Source of the DNA: a virus
Lineage: Duplodnaviria; Caudoviricetes
Strand: one strand, 5' to 3'
IMG/VR virus record: IMGVR_UViG_3300025654_000018
Span: 1-42,273 of that record
DNA: 42,273 nt
The first letter of the stretch is position 1. Each line of letters begins with the position of its first letter. A program made the position numbers and the translations under genes. The notes beneath the pieces are model-generated. The model was not told where the DNA came from and searched no databases. It worked only from the letters and a program-made list of their open reading frames with translations. Below, in pieces: positions 7,042 through 16,061 of the stretch.

Positions 7042-7462
7042 TCATAGATACCGAGGTATCAAAGAAGGCTACAGGTCTGGTCTTGAGGCTATAATTGCTG
7101 AAGAACTAAGGCGACTAGGTATACCATTTACCTACGAGAGCCAAAAGCTGACCTACACCATCCCTAGTCGAACCGCCAAGTACACCCCAGACTTCATTCT
7201 CCCGAAGGCTGGTGGTGTCTGGTTCTTAGAGACTAAGGGGCGATGGGTCACAGCTGATCGACAGAAACATGTGTTAATCAAACAGCAACTACCTCAGATT
7301 GATCTTAGGTTCTTATTTAGTAATGCAAATGCCAAGTTGTATAAAGGGTCTAAGACTTCTTATGCAGACTTTTGCACAAAGAATGGGTTCGCATGGGCAC
7401 ACAAGCGGATACCAGATGAGTGGATTGAAGAGTGTCATTTAGGCATGAAGCAAGCCAAATAA
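7031..7462 (+). CDS. Endonuclease I / Holliday junction resolvase (T7 gp3-like)
   Basis: YRSGLE, YTPDF, ETKG motifs. Confidence 0.95.
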   Translation: MTSNHRYRGIKEGYRSGLEAIIAEELRRLGIPFTYESQKLTYTIPSRTAKYTPDFILPKAGGVWFLETKGRWVTADRQKHVLIKQQLPQIDLRFLFSNANAKLYKGSKTSYADFCTKNGFAWAHKRIPDEWIEECHLGMKQAK

Positions 7463-7469
7463 AGAGAGC

Positions 7470-7498
7470 AAGGGGCGGTCTTAGGATCGCCCTTTTTT
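7470..7498 (+). terminator. Intrinsic terminator
   Basis: GGGCGGTC-TTAG-GATCGCCC-TTTTTT. Confidence 0.75.
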
Positions 7499-7519
7499 AT
7501 TTTAAGGGAAGCAAGAAAC

Positions 7520-7729
7520 ATGAGAAACTTTGTAGGCATACGATATGCACAGACACAGCTAATGAGAATACTAATGAGTGACAAATACAAAAAAGGCACT
7601 CTGACAGATAAGAAACAAGAGAAACTTGATGCACTGATCGAGTTTTGTGGTGCTTATGAGAAGCACAGGAACATCCAAGGACTGAACGATCACGATTTTA
7701 CACATTATTGGAATGAAAGAGATGGTTGA
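7520..7729 (+). CDS. Hypothetical protein
   Basis: 69 aa; AAGGGAAG RBS. Confidence 0.65.
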   Translation: MRNFVGIRYAQTQLMRILMSDKYKKGTLTDKKQEKLDALIEFCGAYEKHRNIQGLNDHDFTHYWNERDG

Positions 7730-9308
7730 ACAAGAAGAGAGCACCTTTGTGTCTCACGAAGCATGTGACGCCTGTGGGTCATCAGACGCCAACAGCCTCT
7801 ACAGCGATGGTCACATGTTCTGCTTCAGCTGTCTAAAGCACACCCCAGCTGACGGAGAGTATACGCCCAGCGCACAGCCAACTAAGACAGACAGTAGCCT
7901 ACTATCAGGCGACTTCATGGAACTAAGGTCACGCAAGTTGACTGAAGCCACGTGTCGTAAGTTTGGTTACTTTGTAACTAAAGACAGCAAAGGCGATCCA
8001 ATACAGGTGGCTAACTACAAGGATGCCAAGGGTAAGACTACAGGTCAGAAGATCAGAACAAGAGACAAGCAGTTTCCTACCATTGGTAAGATTAATGGTC
8101 TCTTTGGTATGCATCTGTGGTCAGCTGGAAAGAAACTGGTGGTCACAGAGGGCGAACTGGATTGCATGAGTGTGTCACAGGTACAACAGCATAGGTTTGC
8201 TACTGTTTCCGTAAGGAACGGCAGTTCTGGGGCTAAGAAGAACCTGTTGGAAAACATAGATTACCTCAACAACTTTAAAGAGATAATCTTAATGTTTGAT
8301 CAAGATGAAGCTGGACGTAAGGCCGCCATTGAGTGTGCTGAAGTCTTGCCCATAGGCAAAGTTAAGATAGCTGTCTTGCCACATAAAGACGCCAATGAAT
8401 GTCTAGTGAAAGGTGAGGCTGGTGCAATCATTAATGCCATACACCAAGCCGCTGACTATAGACCTGATGGCATAGTCCAGATGTCTGATATGAGAGAGAC
8501 TGTAGCAACTCCTGATGCTGAAAGCCCATTCAAGTATCCTTACCCAAGGTTGAACTTTATGACTAAAGGCATGAGAGGCATTACAACTCTTGTCAGTGGC
8601 TCTGGGTGTGGGAAGTCAACTTTAGTGCGCGAAATAGCATATCATCTGCATATGACAGGCTCAACTGTAGGCATGTTGATGTTGGAGGAAAACACCAAGC
8701 GAACTTCGCAGGGGTTAGTAGGACTCCACATAAACAAGAACATTGTCATTGATCCAGAAGCCGCGACAGTAGATGAGGTAAAAGCTGGTTTTGATGACTT
8801 GGTGTCTAAGGGCGAAATCTACCTCTTCGACCATGTGGGTACGTTTGACTTAGATATAATCTGTTCTCGCATAAGGTACATGAAGCATGGACTTGGCTGT
8901 GATGTCGTGTTTTTAGATCACATTTCAATATTGATCAGTTCGTATTCTGGAGCCTCAGACAACGAGAGGGTTTTGATAGACCACATAATGCACACGTTAA
9001 CTACTTTATGTGTCGAATTGGATTTAGCTCTAGTTCTTGTGTCCCACCTAAAGAGGCCAAAGTCTGAAAGAGGTCATGAAGGTGGCGACAAAGCCCAGCT
9101 ATCACAGCTGAGAGGAAGTCACAGTCTAGCACAGCTGGCTTGGTTCTGTATCGCCTTGAATGTGGATGAGGAAGACCCCACGTCAGGCAAAAGACAACTT
9201 ACTATTCTTAAAAATAGACACACTGGTTTTCTCGGTTCAGCCGATACGCTCCAGTACAATTCCGACACAGGCAGACTTATGGCTGTAGACGATAACTTCG
9301 GCTTCTAG
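7713..9308 (+). CDS. DNA primase-helicase (T7 gp4-like)
   Basis: CDAC..CFSC zinc finger, TOPRIM EGELD/FDQD, Walker A GSGCGKST, LDHIS, LRGS. Confidence 0.96.
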   Translation: MKEMVEQEESTFVSHEACDACGSSDANSLYSDGHMFCFSCLKHTPADGEYTPSAQPTKTDSSLLSGDFMELRSRKLTEATCRKFGYFVTKDSKGDPIQVANYKDAKGKTTGQKIRTRDKQFPTIGKINGLFGMHLWSAGKKLVVTEGELDCMSVSQVQQHRFATVSVRNGSSGAKKNLLENIDYLNNFKEIILMFDQDEAGRKAAIECAEVLPIGKVKIAVLPHKDANECLVKGEAGAIINAIHQAADYRPDGIVQMSDMRETVATPDAESPFKYPYPRLNFMTKGMRGITTLVSGSGCGKSTLVREIAYHLHMTGSTVGMLMLEENTKRTSQGLVGLHINKNIVIDPEAATVDEVKAGFDDLVSKGEIYLFDHVGTFDLDIICSRIRYMKHGLGCDVVFLDHISILISSYSGASDNERVLIDHIMHTLTTLCVELDLALVLVSHLKRPKSERGHEGGDKAQLSQLRGSHSLAQLAWFCIALNVDEEDPTSGKRQLTILKNRHTGFLGSADTLQYNSDTGRLMAVDDNFGF

Positions 9309-9350
9309 GCCACCCCAACCCCCAAACATTAGTAAAGCAAAGGAACACGT

Positions 9351-9644
9351 ATGCGTGGAATCTCAGTTACGTCCAGAGAGGCGTTTGCAAACACAGACTT
9401 AACCAAGAACACAAGAATGGTCTTTGATGTCATTCAGTCAGCTGGAGACAAAGGGTGCATCAGTGCACAAGTACAGCTGGCACTCAAGCACATGCCATAT
9501 GGCTCGATCACGAACCACTTCAAATGGCTAAAAGACGCTGGGCTAATCACAGTCATCGGGAAGCGGCTTAGTCCATACGGGCGAAACCAACAGATATTTA
9601 AAGCAACAAGACCACTCAATGCACAAGGGGAGCTATTCAGATGA
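9351..9644 (+). CDS. Putative winged-helix DNA-binding protein
   Basis: Pattern ..YGSITNHFKWLKDAGLITVIGKR..GRNQQIFKA typical of wHTH. Confidence 0.6.
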   Translation: MRGISVTSREAFANTDLTKNTRMVFDVIQSAGDKGCISAQVQLALKHMPYGSITNHFKWLKDAGLITVIGKRLSPYGRNQQIFKATRPLNAQGELFR

Positions 9645-10003
9645 ACACCACAGGTACACATGAATACACTATGAACGAATATCAAGCTGATGCGGCCTCT
9701 ACCATGATCTACAAATGGAAAGTCATCTATCCAGCTCTAGGTCTATCCAATGAAGCTGGTGAAGTCTTAGGTAAGATTAAGAAACTCATTAGAGATCACG
9801 ATGTAACTTTTGATGGCATAGACACCATCCCAGCGCAGAAGAAAGCTGAGATTGCAGATGAGCTAGGTGACGTGCTTTGGTACATCGCGGCTCTTGCTAA
9901 AGACATTGGCATCACCTTGAATGAGGTAGCCGCAATTAACCATGAGAAGCTGACGTCACGCAAGAAGCGTGGGGTGCTTAAAGGCTCTGGTGATAAGCGA
10001 TGA
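9641..10003 (+). CDS. mazG: MazG-like NTP pyrophosphohydrolase
   Basis: GLSNEAGEV and DELGDVLWY motifs; C-terminal GSGDKR. Confidence 0.92.
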   Translation: MNTTGTHEYTMNEYQADAASTMIYKWKVIYPALGLSNEAGEVLGKIKKLIRDHDVTFDGIDTIPAQKKAEIADELGDVLWYIAALAKDIGITLNEVAAINHEKLTSRKKRGVLKGSGDKR

Positions 10004-11769
10004 GTAGGTGGATATGGGACTTAGAAAGCAACGGACTCTTAGACACCATCCACACTATCTGGTGCATTGTCTGTCGTAATGTGGACACTGGCGAAGTCCG
10101 TAAGTTTAACCCAGACCAGATCGAGGACGCTCTTGAGCTACTAGCAAATGCTGATGAGATCATTGGTCACAATATAATCGACTACGACATCCCAGCGATA
10201 CAGATTGTTTATCCTGAGTGGACAACGAAGGCCAAGGTGACTGACACCTTAGTTCTCTCGCGCCTGATACATGGCGACATGTTCAATGAGGATGCTGAAC
10301 GCAACTTCAGTGTCGCTAAGTTCCCAAAGAAACTCTGGGGAAGCCACAGCCTAAAGGCTTGGGGTCTTCGCCTTGGTGACTTCAAAGATGACTACGATGG
10401 TGGGTGGGAAGCCTATAGTGAAACTATGCTTTCATACTGCGTTCAAGATACTCAGGTGACTGATACGTTATACAAGAAGTTGATGAAGACTGAGCCTACT
10501 CAGAAGTCTATCGACCTTGAGCATCGTATGGCTTCTATCTGCCGTGAGATCGGTAGCAACGGCTGGACTTTCAATGAGAAGAAAGCTGGTGAACTGTATG
10601 CTGAACTTGCACAGAAACGCCATGCCATTGAGGAAGACTTAAAGGAACTATTCCCACCTTGGGAAGTAACCGAAGACTTCTACCCTAAGTCAAACAATAA
10701 GACCCGTGGGTATGTCAAAGGTGAACTGTTTGTTAAATCAAAGACAATCTACTTTAACCCAGCGTCAAGGGTACACATCCAAAGATGTCTGGTAGACAAG
10801 TACAAGTGGAAACCAAAGCACTACACGCCTAATGGTCAGGCTAAGATTGACGAAACCATCTTGGCTAATCTTCCGTATCCAGAGGCTAAGAGGCTTGCTG
10901 AGTTCTTCTTAATTCAGAAGCGGATCGGTATGCTGGCTGAAGGTGCTGGGGCATGGCTCAAGAAGGTCAGTGCTGATGGTAAACTAAGACACCGACTAAA
11001 TAGCAATGGATGTGTTTCAAGCCGCGCCACAGCGACATCCCCTAACCTACAGCAAGTGCCTAGTTCTGGCTCACCCTATGGCAAAGAGTGTCGTGAGTTG
11101 TTCACAGCACCACGGGGCTGGCATATCTGCGGTACAGACCTTTCGGGAATCGAATTGAGGCTCTTAGCTTCCTACCTTCACCCCTATGATGGCGGCGAGT
11201 ATTCAAAGCAGATACTTGAGGGTGACATACACACCTACAACCAACATGCGGCTGGTCTAGCTACTAGAAACCTAGCGAAGACTTGGGTCTATGCTACGCT
11301 CTATGGCGGTGGTGATAGGCTAATAGGTGCTATTGCTGGCGGTGGTGCAAAGAAGGGTAAGCAACTTAAAGACAACTACGACAAGGCTGTCCCAGCGTTT
11401 GCTACCTTAAAGAAGAACCTAAAGACAGCGGCATCAAGAGGTCACATTAAGGCTCTTGATGGGCGTAAACTAAGGGTCAGGTCAGAGCACCGATGTCTCT
11501 CGCAATTACTCCAGTCAGCTGGGGCAATCGTGGCGAAGCAGTGGGTGATGATGACCTATGACAAAATCAAAGAAAAGTATGGCGACAAAGTATTCATCAT
11601 GGGCTGGATTCACGATGAAATACAGATTGCCTGTAGAACAAAGGAGATAGCCGAAGATGTCGGATATATCGCTGGAGCAATGGCACAAGAAGCTGGCGTT
11701 GCTCTCGGACTTAACATCCCCACAGAAGCAGAATATTCCGTGGGGCGAACTTGGGCTGACACTCACTGA
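10000..11769 (+). CDS. Family A DNA polymerase (T7 gp5-like) with 3'-5' exonuclease
   Basis: DLESNGL, GHNIIDYD, YCVQD, PNLQQVP, DLSGIELR, AKTWVYATLYG, HDEIQ. Confidence 0.97.
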   Translation: MSRWIWDLESNGLLDTIHTIWCIVCRNVDTGEVRKFNPDQIEDALELLANADEIIGHNIIDYDIPAIQIVYPEWTTKAKVTDTLVLSRLIHGDMFNEDAERNFSVAKFPKKLWGSHSLKAWGLRLGDFKDDYDGGWEAYSETMLSYCVQDTQVTDTLYKKLMKTEPTQKSIDLEHRMASICREIGSNGWTFNEKKAGELYAELAQKRHAIEEDLKELFPPWEVTEDFYPKSNNKTRGYVKGELFVKSKTIYFNPASRVHIQRCLVDKYKWKPKHYTPNGQAKIDETILANLPYPEAKRLAEFFLIQKRIGMLAEGAGAWLKKVSADGKLRHRLNSNGCVSSRATATSPNLQQVPSSGSPYGKECRELFTAPRGWHICGTDLSGIELRLLASYLHPYDGGEYSKQILEGDIHTYNQHAAGLATRNLAKTWVYATLYGGGDRLIGAIAGGGAKKGKQLKDNYDKAVPAFATLKKNLKTAASRGHIKALDGRKLRVRSEHRCLSQLLQSAGAIVAKQWVMMTYDKIKEKYGDKVFIMGWIHDEIQIACRTKEIAEDVGYIAGAMAQEAGVALGLNIPTEAEYSVGRTWADTH

Positions 11770-12034
11770 GAAGAACGATTACTTAGAGAACTTAATACTA
11801 CTCTTTGTAATCATAGACCGAAGTTGGCGTAAGCCATTCACTGTTAAATCAGACTTCGCAAGAGTTGGAGCACTTCACGTTGCCATTGCCGCAAGTGAAG
11901 GCTTCATAACCAACCAAATAGATGAGGATAGCTGGGGTAAGCGTTGGTACGTGACCCCTGATGGACAGGATATACATGAAGAAATCAGCAGAACACTTAA
12001 AGAAGTCATTTACTCGCCCCATATTACTCATTGA
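11657..12034 (+). CDS. T7 gp5.7-like protein
   Basis: PFTVKSDFARVGALHVAIAASEGFIT..WYVTPDG resembles T7 gp5.7 as recalled; located between pol and exonuclease; AAGGAG upstream of ATG. Confidence 0.7.
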   Translation: MSDISLEQWHKKLALLSDLTSPQKQNIPWGELGLTLTEKNDYLENLILLFVIIDRSWRKPFTVKSDFARVGALHVAIAASEGFITNQIDEDSWGKRWYVTPDGQDIHEEISRTLKEVIYSPHITH

Positions 12035-12743
12035 TGGAGACCTATACCTCTTTAGATCAGCTATTGCAGTTGAAGAGGAGATAGACTGGGGTAACGACAT
12101 TTGGTCATTATCAAGTGACCTAAAGGCCGCAAAGGCACTATTCAAAGCAACAATAGATGCCTTCAAGAAAGAGTTAGTTGTAGAAGATGTGGTAGTCACA
12201 ATATCAGGTCAAAAGAACTTTCGTAAAGACGTACTTGAGACTTACAAAGGTGGACGTAAGAAAGTCCGTAAGCCTGTAGGATACAAAGCCCTCGTTGCGT
12301 GGGCTATGGAAGAATACGATAGCATTATGGTGGACTGCTTAGAGGCAGATGACGTCATGGGCATCATGGGTTCTATGCCAAACACCGAGGCTATCATTGT
12401 GTCTGATGACAAGGACATGAAGACTATCCCATGTCGTCTATATAGACCTACCGACAATGACCGTCTGGTCATCAGTGACATGGAAGCCAACAGGAACTTC
12501 CTCATCCAAGCCCTCATGGGCGACATGACCGATGGTTACGGTGGGTGTCCAAAAGTAGGCATTAAGACAGCTGAAAAGATACTAGGCAACCACCCGACTT
12601 GGGACGCTGTTGTTAAGCAATATCAAAAAGAAAACCTAACAGCAGACTACGCGCTAACACAGGCTCGTATGGCTCGTATTTTGCGTTGTACTGACTGGGA
12701 CGATGAGAAGGGAGAGGTGATACTATGGAAACCATCAAGATAG
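11961..12743 (+). CDS. 5'-3' exonuclease (T7 gp6-like); start may be 11976
   Basis: LLIDGD, NFRK..YKGGR, LEADDVMG, DKDM, GDMTDGYGG. Confidence 0.95.
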   Translation: MDRIYMKKSAEHLKKSFTRPILLIDGDLYLFRSAIAVEEEIDWGNDIWSLSSDLKAAKALFKATIDAFKKELVVEDVVVTISGQKNFRKDVLETYKGGRKKVRKPVGYKALVAWAMEEYDSIMVDCLEADDVMGIMGSMPNTEAIIVSDDKDMKTIPCRLYRPTDNDRLVISDMEANRNFLIQALMGDMTDGYGGCPKVGIKTAEKILGNHPTWDAVVKQYQKENLTADYALTQARMARILRCTDWDDEKGEVILWKPSR

Positions 12744-12979
12744 ATGCCGTTAACAAACCGCCCCATTACAACTCAGGTTCAATCGAGTGCATCGATGCTA
12801 TGCAAGCGATGGCTGATGGCTCACTAGTTTGGGGTCACAATGCGTACCTTTGGCAGAATGCTTTCAAGTACCTGTGGCGTTGGCCTTACAAGAAAAAACC
12901 CGTCGAAGACCTCAAAAAGTGCCGTTGGTACTTAGATCGACTTATCAAACTCATTGAAGAAAAAGAAGAAACATTATGA
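12725..12979 (+). CDS. DUF3310 / T7 gp1.7-like nucleotide kinase family protein
   Basis: DAVNKPPHY..IECID..NAFKYLWR..EDLKKCRWYL. Confidence 0.85.
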   Translation: METIKIDAVNKPPHYNSGSIECIDAMQAMADGSLVWGHNAYLWQNAFKYLWRWPYKKKPVEDLKKCRWYLDRLIKLIEEKEETL

Positions 12980-14940
12980 ATAATTCATTACCAACAGACT
13001 ACCAGCAATTCATCCACACCAGCAGATATGCTCGATGGATACCCGAAGAGGGCAGACGTGAAACTTGGACTGAAACAGTAGGCCGTTATATGGACAATGT
13101 TGTAAGGCCGAAAGTGAGCCGTGAAACTGCGGCAGAAATTGAAATAGCGATACTGGGTCTACAGATAGTCCCAAGCATGCGAGCACTCATGACAAGTGGT
13201 AAGGCTTTATCACGCGACAATACAGCTGGATACAATTGTGCGTTCACACCAATAGACCATGTTCGATGCTTTGATGAGGTTCTCTTTATCTTGATGTGTG
13301 GCACTGGCGTAGGCTTCTCAGTTGAGCAGAAGTATGTGAAAAGTTTACCAACGATACCTACACTTAAAGAAGGCGTCTGTGAAATTACTGTAGCAGACAG
13401 CAAAGAGGGCTGGGCGGCTGGCTATAGAGAACTAATGTCTGAACTATACGCTGGTAGAATACCAACGTGGGATGTGTCGGCAGTTAGACCAGCTGGTGAA
13501 AGACTAGAAACCTTTGGTGGTAGGGCATCTGGTGCTGAACCATTGGTTGAACTGTTTGAGCACACCATTGAAACCTTTAAGGGCAGGCAAGGTGACAAGC
13601 TGACACCATTAGACGCCCACAGCATCATGTGTAAAATTGGCGAAGTCGTCGTCGTGGGTGGTGTGCGTAGGTCTGCAATGATCTCATTAAGTGACTTATC
13701 GGATGACGATATGAGGACAGCTAAGTCTGGCGAATGGTACATCGACAACCCACATCATGCACTTGCGAACAACTCAGTGGCATACGAAGGTAAGCCCAGC
13801 GGCGTGGACTTCATGAAGGAATGGGCGTCACTAGCGGCCTCTGGTTCTGGTGAACGTGGTATCTTTAATCGACAGGCGGCTAAAGACAAAGCCCAGCGCG
13901 AGGGTATTAGAGATAGCAGTTGGGACTTCGGGACAAATCCATGCGCGGAGATAGTGTTGCGGAGCCAAAAACTTGAGGAATACACTGATAATGGTGAGAC
14001 AAAGACTAGGGGCATCGTTGGAACTGGTGGTCAGTTTTGTAATCTTACAGAAGTAATCGTCCGTGCTACAGATAGCACCTACGACATATCTAAAAAGATA
14101 CGATTAGCTACTATCTTAGGTACAATCCAAGCTACCTTAACTCACTTCCCTTACCTTCGTGACTGTTGGAAAAAGAACACTGAGGAAGAGGCGTTGCTTG
14201 GTGTGAGTATGACTGGCATCATGGACTGTGCTCTGACCAATGGTAAAGAAGACAACCTTATAGGTAGACTAAAGATGTGGCGTAGTCTTGCTGTAGAAAC
14301 TAACGAAATCTTTGCAAAGCAATTAGGTATCAATAAGTCTGCCGCAGTTTGTGCCATAAAACCTAGTGGCACGGTTTCTCAGCTGTCGAATTCCAGTAGC
14401 GGAATACATGCGAGGCACTCTGACTACTATATCAGGACTGTCCGTGGGGACAACAAAGACCCACTAACTCAGTTCCTCATAAACCAAGGAGTAACATCAG
14501 AACCTTGTGTAATGAAGCCAGAACAAACGACTGTCTTTAGCTTCCCAACGAAATCTCCAGAAGGCTCAGTCACACGTCATGATATGACAGCGATTGAACA
14601 GCTGGAGATGTGGTTGACGTACCAACGTCACTACACTTGCCATAAGCCATCTGTGACTGTTTCAGTTGGTGATGACGAATGGGCAGAGGTAGGTGCGTTT
14701 GTCTACAAGCACTTCGATGAGATGTCTGGTGTCAGCTTCCTACCAAGGTTTGACCACACGTATGCTCAAGCACCTTATCAGGACATCAATGAAGAACAGT
14801 ATGAAGTCGCACTGTTTGCCATGCCTGATGCAATCGACTGGTCTAAGCTGTCAGACTACGAAACTGAAGACACAACCAAAGGCTCTCAGACATTAGCGTG
14901 TACTGGTGCTGATGGGACTTGTGAACTTGTAGACATCTAA
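12976..14940 (+). CDS. nrdJ: Class II (adenosylcobalamin-dependent) ribonucleotide reductase
   Basis: YNCAF, GGVRRSA, TNPCAEI, FCNLTE, KPSGTVS, C-terminal CxxxxxxC; no small-subunit gene in the genome. Confidence 0.93.
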   Translation: MNNSLPTDYQQFIHTSRYARWIPEEGRRETWTETVGRYMDNVVRPKVSRETAAEIEIAILGLQIVPSMRALMTSGKALSRDNTAGYNCAFTPIDHVRCFDEVLFILMCGTGVGFSVEQKYVKSLPTIPTLKEGVCEITVADSKEGWAAGYRELMSELYAGRIPTWDVSAVRPAGERLETFGGRASGAEPLVELFEHTIETFKGRQGDKLTPLDAHSIMCKIGEVVVVGGVRRSAMISLSDLSDDDMRTAKSGEWYIDNPHHALANNSVAYEGKPSGVDFMKEWASLAASGSGERGIFNRQAAKDKAQREGIRDSSWDFGTNPCAEIVLRSQKLEEYTDNGETKTRGIVGTGGQFCNLTEVIVRATDSTYDISKKIRLATILGTIQATLTHFPYLRDCWKKNTEEEALLGVSMTGIMDCALTNGKEDNLIGRLKMWRSLAVETNEIFAKQLGINKSAAVCAIKPSGTVSQLSNSSSGIHARHSDYYIRTVRGDNKDPLTQFLINQGVTSEPCVMKPEQTTVFSFPTKSPEGSVTRHDMTAIEQLEMWLTYQRHYTCHKPSVTVSVGDDEWAEVGAFVYKHFDEMSGVSFLPRFDHTYAQAPYQDINEEQYEVALFAMPDAIDWSKLSDYETEDTTKGSQTLACTGADGTCELVDI

Positions 14941-14941
14941 A

Positions 14942-15280
14942 GTGAACTTTCTTTATGGGTTTGCACTAAGTCTGCACATGGGTCTGGATGGCTCTTACAA
15001 TGAGTTCCATCCGCACATCAGGCTGTACCAAAGCCGCTTCATAGCTGGGCTTTATTACAACAGCGAAAACAACATCAGTCCATACATAGGATCAAGGTGG
15101 TCAAGTGATCTTGGCTACTTTGAGTATGGTGTGGTTGGTGGTTATTTGGAGACACTTCCGTTTGTGAGACTGGGGATAAACATAGACAACAATAAGGCTT
15201 TGTTTGTCGCCCCAGCCCTTGAGAAAATCAATGGCAATGTGAAAGTCGGAGCCACCATTGGCTACGAGGTAATGTACTAA
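14942..15280 (+). CDS. Small putative outer-membrane beta-barrel protein
   Basis: Alternating hydrophobic/aromatic strands; NEFHP, YYNS, YGVVGGY; terminal aromatic (YEVMY). Confidence 0.55.
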   Translation: MNFLYGFALSLHMGLDGSYNEFHPHIRLYQSRFIAGLYYNSENNISPYIGSRWSSDLGYFEYGVVGGYLETLPFVRLGINIDNNKALFVAPALEKINGNVKVGATIGYEVMY

Positions 15281-15294
15281 TTAAGGAGATACAA

Positions 15295-15492
15295 ATGAAC
15301 AGAGAAGACCTGTTAAGGATACAGCACGAGTCTGTGGCAGACGCAGAAAACAAAGGGATGCGTGAGACATTCAAAATGAGAACCTACCACGCTGGTTCCC
15401 AATGGGAAGCACAACAAGCACGCAGAGAAACAGGTGCTATAGGCGGTAAGATGAACGCCCAGCGTCATTTGGTGAGGAAAGAGAGTAACTAA
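15295..15492 (+). CDS. Hypothetical protein
   Basis: 65 aa; TAAGGAG RBS. Confidence 0.75.
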   Translation: MNREDLLRIQHESVADAENKGMRETFKMRTYHAGSQWEAQQARRETGAIGGKMNAQRHLVRKESN

Positions 15493-15686
15493 TGAAAGAT
15501 AGTGTAACCCATTGTCCTAAGTGCGTGGTGAAGACTAAAGTTATTGAGACCATCCCCCATTTTAAATATGGCTACCCCTCGAAACGCAGACATAGGCAAT
15601 GCCCACAATGTGGGATGCGGCGGATGACAGTAGAAGTACCAATAGAGCAGGGGGATAAGTATTTCTCATGTTCACAGTCGAAATAG
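15492..15686 (+). CDS. Zinc-ribbon protein, NrdR N-terminal domain-like
   Basis: CPKC..TKVIET..KRRHRQCPQCGMRRMTVE. Confidence 0.7.
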   Translation: MKDSVTHCPKCVVKTKVIETIPHFKYGYPSKRRHRQCPQCGMRRMTVEVPIEQGDKYFSCSQSK

Positions 15687-15928
15687 AGTCTGACTATGTT
15701 AAAGTTGTATCTATAGACCCTGATGGAAAGTTTGATGATGTAGAGATGTATCTTGAGGACGATGGCACAGTGTTTGTCAGGCAGTTCTCTGATGAACTCA
15801 ACGAGTTTCAGCTTCTTGCAATCAACTACAAACAACTATTAGACCTATTGGCTTCTTTAGATGCACATGATGGCGTTTATGTAAGTAAGTTGGGTGGAGT
15901 GCAGGGAAGTCATCTCAAGGATGTCTAG
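15668..15928 (+). CDS. Acidic hypothetical protein
   Basis: 86 aa; last gene of the + arm. Confidence 0.7.
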   Translation: MFTVEIESDYVKVVSIDPDGKFDDVEMYLEDDGTVFVRQFSDELNEFQLLAINYKQLLDLLASLDAHDGVYVSKLGGVQGSHLKDV

Positions 15929-16014
15929 CTACTGCACTCCGTTGTTACCTAAGTAACGCACGTACTATGCACTATACAAAAGCATATGTAAATGCTGGTG
16001 TGTCAATATGATTC

Positions 16015-16061
16015 CAAAAAACACAGATCGTTACCAAAAGTCGGGCGATCTGTGTTTTTTG
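16015..16061. terminator. Bidirectional intrinsic terminator between the two arms
   Basis: CAAAAAACACAGATCG-15 nt-CGATCTGTGTTTTTTG at the convergence point. Confidence 0.85.

Noticed and set aside
13963-14031. Intein or intron in nrdJ
   Set aside because: Too short; no C-terminal HN intein end; frame uninterrupted
15970-16006. Antisense sigma70 promoter (TTGACA on minus strand)
   Set aside because: Candidate -10 hexamers lie at 14 or 24 nt spacing
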